61,447 nt of DNA from Barthelona sp. PAP020 (GCA_040182905.1 JARQWU010000033.1:1-61447), one strand, 5' to 3'; positions 51,801-60,850 are shown, counted from the first letter of the stretch. Program-made: numbers and translations. Notes: a model not told the origin generated them from the sequence alone.

Positions 51801-54486
51801 TTATTCAAGTTGTTCAAAGAATACCGAATCTCTGTATGAAAATAGCTTTATTGATAAATATGTGTATTTTTACACTGCATATTTGAGTGAAATCAACATT
51901 GATGTGACATATCCTAAAGAAAAAGACATGAGAATAAACGCTGGAAAGAATTCCATTGCTTTAAAGAAAGGGTTCACCACAAAATTATTTTTGAACAAAC
52001 CTGATGTTGATAAGTATTCTAGTTATATTGGTTCTGGCTTTATCAAAGTATCTATTGTTGATTTTATTGATATGAAGCAGTTAAATAAAGAACAAATGTT
52101 GAATTATTCTGCAAATAATAAAAATGAAGTAGGTGCTAAAATCAGTTACAGATTAGAAAGTGATAATTCGGCATATTCCAGTTATGATCTTCATCTTGGT
52201 GTTGAACACTTTAATTTTATTTGTTTAGAAGATTATATTGAATTGAAAGCTGATTTGGATGTTGAAATTGAACTTGAGATTATTTTGACTCCACATTTTG
52301 AAGATATTCCAATCATTAATACTCAAACATGTGTAGAATTATTACAAGGAGAATATTATTATATTCGCAGTGATTGGGAAGAATTGCAATACAAAAAAGA
52401 TCAATTGGAATGGACTGATAAATTTGAAATCAATAAATTTGAAGATGATGGTGATTATTTTAAAATTAAATCACTCCAACAAGTTGTTGATAAACAAAAC
52501 GGATATGGAAAATCTTATGTGATTTATGTTTCAAGATTAGAAGCTTATTCTCTTGAATTTGGACATAAAATTTGTATAAAACCTTTGATTTCTAATGAGA
52601 TTGTTGCTGATCATGTTTTGAATTATGGAGATATTAATATAGTGATGAATGGTTATTCTACTGTATATTTACCTAAAATATATGTACCTTTTATTCATAA
52701 ATGGGGAATAACTGATATAGTTTTTAATGTTGGAACTAATATATTGAATAAGACAAAAGATTTTATTTATTTTACAGATATGAAAGATAGTGATGCTAAT
52801 AGTTATCAAATTATTTTCAATTCAGCAAAAGAAAGTTGGATTACTAAAGAGAGACAATATTATCAAGCTTATTCGAATAAATTCACCATTAGAATTGTTA
52901 AAAATACTGATGATGATGAACCATTATATTTTACCCTTGCAATTAGTCAAGGAATTCATAATATCAGTATAATTAATGATAAAACTACTCAATTAACTTA
53001 TGATATTAATTCTATATTACCACAACAACGTGGTTTATATATTGATGGAGATTTTACAAAAATGGGCATATTAACCGTTAAAACAACTTCAAATGATAAT
53101 AATGCCTTACATATTGAAGGTCAATTAAATGGTTATGGTTATCTTTCGGTAAATGAAATGAATGAATATGTTATGGATGTTGAACAATTAAAAATGTTTA
53201 ATGAAAGACAATTTATGGAAATATACAGCAATAAAGAATTTGATAATACAATTAATGATAAATCAAGCATTATTTATGAATTTACGATGCATATGTTCAA
53301 AGATATTCCTATTTTTGAAATTAATGAAGAAAAGAGTGCAAGTAGATATTTACAACCTGGAGAAATGTTAATTGTTAAAATTCCTGAAGATACTATGTAT
53401 TTCTATCCAGAATTTAGTGCTGAATTTGCCAAAGGAAGTATTTATGAAATTTCTCACAACGATGAGGGTTACTTTAATTTAAATTCTTATGATGATTCTA
53501 ATTTTGGAAAAGTTCTTTCGAAAGAAAACAATAAGTTGAAAAAGTTATTAATTTATTGCAAAAATTCGTCTGCAAATCAATGTGAATTCAATTTTTATTT
53601 TTCGAAATTACCTTCAATATCTAATGATTTGATTGATTTAACTGTTTCCAATACTTCATGTTTTACTATTCCTCCTCAAGATAATTATTTGAAGTTTACT
53701 GGTGATTTTGATGTAATTAAATATCAATTGTTTGATTTTAAACATTATTATGAAGAAACAACACAAATTCAAACAATTGATGCAATTCACTCTTCGGATT
53801 CAGATGGATTTGTTCCTCAATATTTAAATTTACAAAAGTTAAAGAATTCTTTGATTCCCAATACAAATAATGAACCTTTTGCCATGTGTATATATCATAA
53901 AGATGTTTCAAATGCTAAAATTCAAGTTATTGAAAAAAGATATGTCACTGACATTTGTTCGGATATTTCTCTTTTGTCTTTTGATGAAATTACTGACAAA
54001 TCATTAATTAAAACTATTGAAAAGAGATACAGTGAATTGTTGGAAGTTGTTTTTGATAATTCAATCAGTTGGATTAAAACAAGGGATAATACTGATAATA
54101 TCATGGTTGATGAGATAGAACCTTCAATTCCTTGTCAAAAAGCTCTCAAAAATTTAGCTTGCAGACAATACACTTCAGTCAAAGATGATGAACTTATTCC
54201 CATTCATGATATTCTTGAAAAGTGTAATATCAGACAGATTGGTGATAATATTGATGGTTTTAATCGTTTGCCCGTTTCTTTAAAACATCCAATCATTTTT
54301 AGAGAAACGGTGGATGAGGTTGATTTGACAAAATGGTTCTATTTGGCTTTATTGATTGTTATTGTCATCTTGGTTGTGTTAATGATCATGAAATGCAATG
54401 TGTTTAATATGGTTAAGAAATGTGGAAAGAAGGAAGAAGTTTCTTCTCCAATTTTAGCCGACAAAGGTTATGAAAATATTGTTTAA
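45892..54486 (+). CDS. Giant orphan type I membrane/surface protein (about 2,864 aa)
   Basis: Signal peptide IILIGIILFVCVDA, beta-rich ectodomain with many N-x-S/T sequons, single TM WFYLALLIVIVILVVLMIM, short tail ending YENIV; ATG at 45892. Confidence 0.85.
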   Translation: MFAQLKYNTIILIGIILFVCVDAKYVSLNVTGDNYIERYIGEHINDTNSYLNVTIISNSSKCEPKFYFGFVESTDYIPSWNELSEHVSLKYKQKYNSFYFKGFGDDYPIFVFKRDYLDVNCEIELFYEAFSFEQLDKPVTSDYQDYMMKKGHGYIFNVEEIHFAGDFLNLDFEVKLITPNISDLTAIDVFPMSRHVDVDFDWNVLESQHLENSTEDSTATKIKLTQCMTFSNKNIVGFFVKGDKRDEVNDFFTLQVRYVGKSWNVNKVQNSTTKRFILNPNQHLLLEFSYNLFEDLKDGQFFKASVFGSRNELEVYSFGDLGKSGFIGDEVCGSHKIESTFEANTHYYSSFVTKPMSDANNANRYSLFLLLVNPIEETFNVFVENGVNTPIINEIKYDDFTFATFTGYGPILFKFTAPEVTNNNALMINHVYVDKDIEFELVIADVILGEFNTDKFADEPSKLPRISKKSNSGGLVLIIETNRMVANKDYYVTITPTSNISVFDKIFVTYETQIVNKLEMPYEPLSIDVNKHFYVFEFDVIEVFDKYSNWGEFTIKSDRPASQQAVTLCVVNENFAVVNFVDNDNLIERNKFPIGKYYFVVHVERELPATHLFVDHKFIPTFGEIRYNQVNHLKFSTSEHYLMIPMISDENLEILDSVNVKVMNHRDSLNANQISIIIGTYSPVLGQIDLKPTFSNTLFWEHSLLVDKESSGQVSFRQLYESTPQHLLYFTLVNLETNVDYEFDIEINFKNVPQQTLIEGQNIVRNCFGESYTRLIVDMTSDSTLTYVTFYMDESLGENDFNIYTIYDTDAIKVNPSAISNDPTKLQKAITYKLITSSGFDRHVEFYLSTPTSLNIVNTATVVLEHIKIQQFETFNEHKRISSKPITSVIDEKRPLILKYDDILNVDASNDLLVFNMVNSDENSGDIDIQFYKGGYQLDNNIKSNNPSVINTVTNNDEISLVYPGETVYVVVQSKVQLILTMYVTKKPKTADIDWVFNLKTQENDSLGFLVNTNLKNIFGFQIQLDPKMENIYGMNITFESDKIKDHPDFELYIGSSKVKIDEYFWKKDINPNNNGVYSYLLLPDATEYQMVIENLSYTCLLYVPSEVSGTIKIDMNKYVVETLNVNVDSKVTKKVMFNETKKLMNIYRIDYDDNVYDWDVKIESVVNTAPIYHIETVYYPLRGLAIDNVVDRRFKSYSYISVVRSCSSKKVDFCSDLDNFMNENNGFKMTINPVKQNQTIFSLNSEELTGGKDIILKKQILNHIIDLKYVQTSDNTFLSIYRNENVSDSITFTLQFYHDYTEIPDSEHDFTFTNETVHIPLTDSYSNRIYVHYQHSFEKDVKINLQYSVYSADNLLEYPIQDEQPITLLKGSTMAYKLKFKTDVEFYKVTVDGVAVQFASNYFMRVSSMKTVDNVNTYDYPQADFKVLDIINANDEKTTIKQRDSTVNEVYFLLYGQKDKSTISITTYKKSTVVIDENKVNVTVKGYVEEENIIELQIPFDKYQYADRYLNTSLKGNSSVELFSFDENNVYQPISIDVLTQKNQLQDFAESKIYKFYLISSKKNIGAQLLYVQMPEIKTTVALSGQSDITFNETTRFYLDFDTVPELIMLRVNDSSIQHNIGNEYILSNADDLIVFQTKLSGEVEKLNLSTIRITVSVQNSKKPIRIICSDDVHANDLSLDKDTIMLQEVVATKLHKYIIHIDNVEKAHVYRMMFEELIQMTKKDDKTVIKAVIKSASKYWTYFGELNKGVYLYPDVDTWFEKGISIANNELVFYIFVDTFTDSAYRMQYAIDDIEYVDLELGVTKCDQRLLSKTPKQYDYCQKTIHNDKTQTKLSSNLPYGFVDMQANGVFTIDYNVARNQSCRIEVLPKGIEISVHDYPSLDTDSVISQPFWTQVSFIRENPHAEITTLKTGGSFEYRVVCENNGDFYPVVTDFDKCQYDGCFERFKWTPLHDNRELTSDSKMCFDGYSSCSKNTESLYENSFIDKYVYFYTAYLSEINIDVTYPKEKDMRINAGKNSIALKKGFTTKLFLNKPDVDKYSSYIGSGFIKVSIVDFIDMKQLNKEQMLNYSANNKNEVGAKISYRLESDNSAYSSYDLHLGVEHFNFICLEDYIELKADLDVEIELEIILTPHFEDIPIINTQTCVELLQGEYYYIRSDWEELQYKKDQLEWTDKFEINKFEDDGDYFKIKSLQQVVDKQNGYGKSYVIYVSRLEAYSLEFGHKICIKPLISNEIVADHVLNYGDINIVMNGYSTVYLPKIYVPFIHKWGITDIVFNVGTNILNKTKDFIYFTDMKDSDANSYQIIFNSAKESWITKERQYYQAYSNKFTIRIVKNTDDDEPLYFTLAISQGIHNISIINDKTTQLTYDINSILPQQRGLYIDGDFTKMGILTVKTTSNDNNALHIEGQLNGYGYLSVNEMNEYVMDVEQLKMFNERQFMEIYSNKEFDNTINDKSSIIYEFTMHMFKDIPIFEINEEKSASRYLQPGEMLIVKIPEDTMYFYPEFSAEFAKGSIYEISHNDEGYFNLNSYDDSNFGKVLSKENNKLKKLLIYCKNSSANQCEFNFYFSKLPSISNDLIDLTVSNTSCFTIPPQDNYLKFTGDFDVIKYQLFDFKHYYEETTQIQTIDAIHSSDSDGFVPQYLNLQKLKNSLIPNTNNEPFAMCIYHKDVSNAKIQVIEKRYVTDICSDISLLSFDEITDKSLIKTIEKRYSELLEVVFDNSISWIKTRDNTDNIMVDEIEPSIPCQKALKNLACRQYTSVKDDELIPIHDILEKCNIRQIGDNIDGFNRLPVSLKHPIIFRETVDEVDLTKWFYLALLIVIVILVVLMIMKCNVFNMVKKCGKKEEVSSPILADKGYENIV

Positions 54487-54900
54487 GATATTTTAGTTAA
54501 TTTTATAAATGTGTGATTTTTTTTTCTTGTTTGATTGACTGTTCAAAGAGATTTAATCCTTGGATAGGCTTTGAATTCATATAGTGAATTCAATTTTGTA
54601 AAAGACAAGTAAGCACACCAACATTCTTTGTGGACTATTTATGGAAAAATTGTTTGATATTTCTGAGGGTTTTCCCATTTGGAAAGTTATCATTTTTCAA
54701 TAATTGAGTGAATAAGACAATTTGAGAGATTAACTATCAACAAAGTGGAAGAATGCAAAAGGCAATCCATTGTTGTTTGAAGGTATTTTAGGAGAAAATT
54801 TGCATCAAAAAATAAAATGAAACAGCGTTATTTACAAATTATACAAAGGCCAGTGAAAGCCAACCTGAAAAAAAAATACATGGAAAATAATAACCTAAAG

Positions 54901-55437
54901 CTAATTGAAAAGTTTCGTCAAAATTTGATCTTGAAGCTCTACAAACTCTTCAAAATCAGTAACAGAATGCATTTTATTGCAGAAACATACCATGGGAAAG
55001 GAAATTAAATCAATAGGAAGAAAATTAAAAGTGAGTAATGAAGGATGCAGGATAGAATTGAAGACTTCAAAATCTAAGGAATAATTTTCATCAATTGAAC
55101 AGTTTTCTATTTCTTTTTTGGGAAGTTCCATTGATATATCATCATATTGAGAACATTCTTGTGAACAAATTTTTGATAAATACTTTGATAAATAGAATTT
55201 TGTTGTACAATCAATATTATCATCGAAAATAGCAGATATAATCATAAAATAATGGTCTAACCTACCTACGTTACTCATGTAAATATCCATATTCAAAGAA
55301 TCTTTGGAAGAGGAAATTTTTGAAGAGGAAGTATCAGAGTCATCAAAAATTTCATCAAGAATTCGACAACTGTTTTCTAATACATTAATTTTTTGTTCCA
55401 GATGATTACAAACATCAAAAAGTATTTCATCGCACAT
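54901..55437 (-). CDS. Hypothetical protein, possibly the truncated 5' part of an eroded gene
   Basis: 178-aa ORF; coding-like but stop-interrupted sequence continues downstream to about 54543. Confidence 0.5.
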   Translation of the reverse strand: MCDEILFDVCNHLEQKINVLENSCRILDEIFDDSDTSSSKISSSKDSLNMDIYMSNVGRLDHYFMIISAIFDDNIDCTTKFYLSKYLSKICSQECSQYDDISMELPKKEIENCSIDENYSLDFEVFNSILHPSLLTFNFLPIDLISFPMVCFCNKMHSVTDFEEFVELQDQILTKLFN

Positions 55438-55503
55438 GAAAAATATTAGTGCTGTGAATAGAATTTTTTTTTTATTTTATTTCCCCAAAATAATTACTTG
55501 ATA

Positions 55504-56475
55504 ATGATTGAGAGGAAAATGGGTTGTTGTGAGATTAATTGTATAATTGATGAAAGTTCGATATCTATGAAAAGAACCCATCACACTAGTAACATAAATA
55601 CCATTTGTTTATCACCAAATGAGAAATATTTGGCCACTTGCTCGAAAGATGGTACCGTTATTGTAAGAGATGTTGATTCTTTTGAAGTAATTCAAATTTT
55701 CAATAATGACAAAGAAATGTATGACTGTTGTTTCTCGTTTGATGAACAAATGTTTGCTTGTGGAGGAAGTAATAATAAAATCATAATTTATTCCACAATT
55801 GATTGGAAAATAATTCACATATTTGAAAACCCATATTGTATCTTTTCTATTAAGTTTAGTAGATGCAGTCAGTATATTTTCAGTGGTGATAGAGAAAAGT
55901 GGATAAGAAAATGGGACTTACAAAGTGAACATGTTATCGTTGAACACGATCATCATAGTTCTTGGGTAGAAACTTTGGAATTGTCTGATGATGGGATGTT
56001 TTTAATTTCTGGGTCAGATGATTTAACAATTCGAATGTGGAATGTTGATGATTTATCGTTATATAAAAGTTTTGGACGTTATTACAATTCTGTCTCGTCT
56101 ATTGATATTTCTATGGATGGTAGATTACTGTTGGGGGGCTCTTTAGATCAAACAATTGTTTTATGGAATGTTAATGGAAAGGACCCAAACAACTGTCGAT
56201 TATGTACTCTAATCACAAGGAATGCTCCTTGTTATAGGTGTTGTTTTATTGACAATTGTGAAAAGGTTGTGGCGGCATCTAAAAATGGTTTGGAAATTTT
56301 TGATGTTAAGACCAAAGCTAGAATTCAACTTATTCAGTGTAATTGTGAACAGTTTGGTGTTGATTTTTGCTTTATTCCCAAAAAATCACAAATAGTTATT
56401 GGGCGTTGCAATGTGGTGAATGAGGAAAGAGAAGGTCATTTGGTTATTTATGATATTCACGCACAAATAAATTAA
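55504..56475 (+). CDS. WD40-repeat protein (single propeller)
   Basis: YLATCSKDGTVIV, FLISGSDDLTIRMWN, LLGGSLDQTIVLWN; ATG at 55504 or 55519. Confidence 0.9.
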   Translation: MIERKMGCCEINCIIDESSISMKRTHHTSNINTICLSPNEKYLATCSKDGTVIVRDVDSFEVIQIFNNDKEMYDCCFSFDEQMFACGGSNNKIIIYSTIDWKIIHIFENPYCIFSIKFSRCSQYIFSGDREKWIRKWDLQSEHVIVEHDHHSSWVETLELSDDGMFLISGSDDLTIRMWNVDDLSLYKSFGRYYNSVSSIDISMDGRLLLGGSLDQTIVLWNVNGKDPNNCRLCTLITRNAPCYRCCFIDNCEKVVAASKNGLEIFDVKTKARIQLIQCNCEQFGVDFCFIPKKSQIVIGRCNVVNEEREGHLVIYDIHAQIN

Positions 56476-56881
56476 TTGTATTTTTTTACTTTCATTGTAG
56501 GTCAGAAAGAACAAATTGAATTGTGTTTTGATCTATTTTTTTGATTAAATATTCATCATTGACGATCAACAACAATCGTTTAAGAAAACATATTTATTTG
56601 TTTTTCCCGAAGTGCGATATTGTTTGCAAAAATTGACCCAAAAAAAAAAAATATTTGAAAATTTAGTAAATTCAAATTTGTTTCAAAAGTCAACCAAAAC
56701 TATGTGTAAATAGTCAATAAGCAAAATCAAGCTGCCAAATGCTGATTGAAAAAAGTGAAAATATTAAAGGTGATAGTCAAAAACTTCTTTTGAAATACTG
56801 GTACACAAACTTTTTTTTCATTGCACGCCTTTTGTTGTTATTGTTTTGATTTATTAATAATACGTATATTATTAATATGAT

Positions 56882-58567
56882 ATGAAAACAAACGAAAAAA
56901 GAATGGAAGATAATTTTCTACAGTTTTTTAATAATATATTGGATGTACCAATACCAAATGAAGATATCAATCTTACAAATCGTGTTAATGAATTAATTAG
57001 AGCGTTACAACCCTCTGAAAGGGCAATTCATCATCGATTATCAATTTTCAAATTTGTAAAGAATATTGTCAAAGAAACCATCAATTCAAAATGTTTTTTG
57101 TATGGTAGTGTTAAGTTAAGAACGTTTTTACCTGATGGTGATATTGATGTTGGTTGTGATTATACAGATTTTAATTGCAGTCCTATTGAATTATTAACGA
57201 AACTCGAAAAGAAGTTTGTGAAGTGTATGAATAATTATTCCTTGAATTATTCCACTTTCTTTATTCAAGATATTCAATTAGTATCTGCGGATGTTCCAGT
57301 ATTAAAATTGAGCGTAAACGATTATCAAGTTGATATCACAATTAATCAGTTTCAAGGGTTATTTTCAATAGCTTTTTTGGAGGAAATGGATCGATTGATT
57401 GGTAAAAATCATTTATTTAAAAAGTCAACTTTGTTAATCAAAGCTTGGAGCATGTATCAATCAAAAATTTTGGGAGGAAAGAATGGGTTGATTTCAACTT
57501 ATTGTTTACAGGGAATTTTAACATACATTTTTGTTTTTTGTGAAAATATTCATCCAATTGAAACTCCTTTTCAAGCTTTGTTTTTATTTCTTCATATTTT
57601 AAAGAATTTTCCTTGGAAGACTCATGCTTTGACTGTTCTAGGTTCAGTAGAAAACAATGAAATGCTTAGAATAACCACAGTTGAACATAAGACAATTCCC
57701 AAGGTGTTTGAGAATTTTTGTGTCAAAAAATCAGGAGTTCAGAAAAAATTGTACAATGGAATGAGGATGTTGTCGCATAAGTATTCCTATAGATTGAGAA
57801 AGGAAGGGTTGAATAATAATCATTCATTCTTTTTGAAATCTTTCAATGTTTTAGATCCCATTAATCTTTCAAATAACATTGGTCGTAGTGTTTCTGAGAG
57901 CAATTTTCAAAGAATTCAATCTGTTGCTGGTGTAGCTTTGAATTTACTTGATAAAATCTATAGCATGAAACAAAATAATAATACCTTTCATTTTTCTTCA
58001 ACAGATTTGTTGGATTTGTTTTTTTATGAGGTGTGGAGTTATGTGGATCCCACAATGTTAATGCCTGGGAGATGGTACTGTGATGGTGATGAAACGGATC
58101 TTGGCAGTCAGATGATTCCAGAAGCTGATAATGATGGTCTTGAGTTGTTTAAAGAAGATCCGAACTCAGCAAACGAAACAATTATAAATGGAGATGAAGA
58201 AAATGATAAGCATAATACGATGAATAACAACAAAATGTCTGAATTTGATTATGACCATTTTGAGGAATATACTGATATGTCTTCAATAGATTCTTCAAAA
58301 GATGATTATTTATTGTGTGATTTAACTGAGACTTTGAACATTATAAGACAATTGGTTAGTTTTAGAAAAGTACTACCAAATGTTAACAAAAGAAACAAAT
58401 TTGATCGTATTTCTCGTTCAAACACTGGTAAATATGTATTTAGAAGTACACATTCACACACGTTTCAGGCAAAAAAATCAAAATATAATAGTAAATCAAA
58501 AAGTTTAAAAAATTTGAAAAATTTCAAGGAATGTTACCAAAAAATTGAAAAAATTGAAAAATATTAA
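56882..58567 (+). CDS. Pol-beta-type non-canonical poly(A) polymerase/terminal nucleotidyltransferase of the plant-type PAP/OAS1-domain family
   Basis: YGSVKLRTFLPDGDIDV (GS plus DxD), VDIT, HLFKKSTLLIKAW, GLISTY, LDPINLSNNIGRSVS. Confidence 0.9.
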   Translation: MKTNEKRMEDNFLQFFNNILDVPIPNEDINLTNRVNELIRALQPSERAIHHRLSIFKFVKNIVKETINSKCFLYGSVKLRTFLPDGDIDVGCDYTDFNCSPIELLTKLEKKFVKCMNNYSLNYSTFFIQDIQLVSADVPVLKLSVNDYQVDITINQFQGLFSIAFLEEMDRLIGKNHLFKKSTLLIKAWSMYQSKILGGKNGLISTYCLQGILTYIFVFCENIHPIETPFQALFLFLHILKNFPWKTHALTVLGSVENNEMLRITTVEHKTIPKVFENFCVKKSGVQKKLYNGMRMLSHKYSYRLRKEGLNNNHSFFLKSFNVLDPINLSNNIGRSVSESNFQRIQSVAGVALNLLDKIYSMKQNNNTFHFSSTDLLDLFFYEVWSYVDPTMLMPGRWYCDGDETDLGSQMIPEADNDGLELFKEDPNSANETIINGDEENDKHNTMNNNKMSEFDYDHFEEYTDMSSIDSSKDDYLLCDLTETLNIIRQLVSFRKVLPNVNKRNKFDRISRSNTGKYVFRSTHSHTFQAKKSKYNSKSKSLKNLKNFKECYQKIEKIEKY

Positions 58568-58924
58568 ATAGATTTGTAAATATTATTCAAACATGGATAA
58601 AAAAAGATTATCTTTTTTTTTTTTTCTTTTCAAATACTGTTTTAAATAAAAAACTTGTAATCGACTCCTATTAATGGAGAAATAAAAAGAGAGGTTGTTC
58701 AAAGTGATTTTTGGTGTGATTTCAAATATGAAATGAGAAATTTCCAAAGCAACCAACATTAAAAGTTTTGGGGGATTTTTCTTGTATTATTTAATAACTT
58801 CAATGATAGAATAGAATGACAAGGGATAAATGGTAAAACAAGAATCTTAAACAACAAATTCTTTTATTTGAATAATAAAATTGTTAAAATTTACAAATGT
58901 AAAGCAAAAACTGTTCAAACTTGA

Positions 58925-59428
58925 TTAATAAATTGGTTCCCACATGCAGTTACCTTCAGGGCACATGCCCCCATTTAGAAGAGTAATCAAATCAATCAAC
59001 CACCAAATACCCAAACCACCAAGACTCAAGCCTTTAAAAACACCAAGTAAACATTGATCCAAATAACATCTATCCAAACCAAAAAGACCTCCCCAAAGAG
59101 ACAAAATTATGGTAAATGTCAAATGTTTACCATTATATTTTACACAAGGGAAATCATCAATCAACCAAGTTTTTGAACCGGAACATTGAATAACTGTATT
59201 CAATGAACACGTAGCTTGAGCATAAGGAATGGTCATTTCACCATCATATTGAAATTCAGTTGCATATGTTGTACAATTAATAGGATTACATTGAATGAAA
59301 CGGTCAGGAAATAAACAACAAGGAATATTTGTTGGATCATTCGGATCGAATGAACTTGCATCACAATATGTTGTTGCTCTAATTATTCCAAATAAACCAA
59401 TAATTAACAATAGACTAAAATAATTCAT
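58925..59428 (-). CDS. TM2D2: TM2-domain protein, TM2D2-like
   Basis: Signal peptide, Cys-rich ectodomain (FPDRFIQC, PCVKYNG), GLFGLDRCYL..KGLSLGGLGIWWLIDL. Confidence 0.82.
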   Translation of the reverse strand: MNYFSLLLIIGLFGIIRATTYCDASSFDPNDPTNIPCCLFPDRFIQCNPINCTTYATEFQYDGEMTIPYAQATCSLNTVIQCSGSKTWLIDDFPCVKYNGKHLTFTIILSLWGGLFGLDRCYLDQCLLGVFKGLSLGGLGIWWLIDLITLLNGGMCPEGNCMWEPIY

Positions 59429-59480
59429 AATAATCTTGGAAAAAAAAAGTGTTCTTTGTCAAATTTTTTTTTATCATCCA

Positions 59481-60062
59481 ATGTCTTTGAATTTTTCTGG
59501 AATTTCAATAGACCAACAGTCTCATTTTAAAGATCAAAAGAAAATTATTGAAGAAAATACCAAATTTCCAAGTAATTTTGATACTGAAATTAATTATGAT
59601 AGAATACTGACGAAACAAAACTTAATTTTATTAGAAAGAGAAATTCAAAGAATTTTTAATCAATATAAAATTGATGATGAATTTCTAATATCAATTGTAA
59701 TTAGTTGTTTTGAAAACCGTACTAATGTTAAAGACATATATTTAACCGTGTTACCGGACTTAAATAATAATACATTCAATATAATGCAAGACATTTATTC
59801 GTTTTGTATAAAATTATCCAATGATGAATTTCAAGAAGAAGAACCATTCAAAGATCTCATTGCTGAAATCAAACTTCAAGAACAACAAAATGCTATATAT
59901 TCAAATCATGTCCGACGAGGTTTGGAAAGGCAAAGTTCAAGAAACTATAGTCCATATTATAGTTGCAACACAAATTACAACAATATTGATAACCATGCAC
60001 AAAGAGAAAATATTCCTGTAGTTAAAGATTATTTATCAAAGAATATCAAAAGGAAACAGTAA
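59481..60062 (+). CDS. SRRM1/SRm160-like PWI-domain protein lacking the RS domain
   Basis: FSGISIDQQSHFKD..KFPSNFDTEINY resembles the SRRM1 N-terminus; DDEFLISIV; ATG at 59481. Confidence 0.65.
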   Translation: MSLNFSGISIDQQSHFKDQKKIIEENTKFPSNFDTEINYDRILTKQNLILLEREIQRIFNQYKIDDEFLISIVISCFENRTNVKDIYLTVLPDLNNNTFNIMQDIYSFCIKLSNDEFQEEEPFKDLIAEIKLQEQQNAIYSNHVRRGLERQSSRNYSPYYSCNTNYNNIDNHAQRENIPVVKDYLSKNIKRKQ

Positions 60063-60850
60063 GTTTCAAGTAAGTTTCCATTTGTAATTTTTGGTAAAAT
60101 TTGCAAATTTTCATGAGAGTGGAAATATGGGAATGAAACAGCACAATAAAAAAGAAATTGGTAGTTTTTTCTTTTGTTTCATTAAGAGTGAGCCAATTAA
60201 ATACTTTTATCCGTTATTTTATAAGATGATTATATTGTTCGTAAACAAATACTACTTTTTGGTGAAGAAAGAGATGATGATATTTCTTTTGTTTATTCAA
60301 AAGAAATGCCAAAAGTGATAACTTTGAAGATTGATAAAAAAATGCAAAATTATAAGTTTATTGAAAATAGAAGAGTTTGTTCACAATTTTCAATCATGAA
60401 TAAGGTATCAAAAATCCTTTAAACTCTTAAAATTAGTAAAATCGTTTTGTCAATAGCTTTTGACACAGAATTTGAATGAGGACGCATCTTTTTCATAAAT
60501 TATTGTTAACATTTGATTTTAATTGTTGTGAAGTTTATTATTTTTCAATAAAATGAAATCATGATTCAAATAATACTTGAAATGGGGCGTAAGCAAGGAA
60601 AAGGACAAGCAATTCATTCAATTAAAAAACAATGAATTAAGGAAGTAGTGAATTTGATATTGAAACCAGACACAAGTTTGTGAATTTATTTGAAAAATAT
60701 CTTTAAAAATAAGATTGAAAATTATTATTTTGAGATACTTTTTAATGCATAAAATCAATAAATCTTAAATTATTTTGCAATTTTTTAATAGTTCTGCTCT
60801 CATTCATAATTACACAACGCTATCTTATACCAAAAGCTTCTTTAAGCATC

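Noticed and set aside
60091..60318. 75-aa ORF, and the 60-aa ORF at 61233-61415
   Set aside because: TTG starts, low complexity and no recognisable motifs
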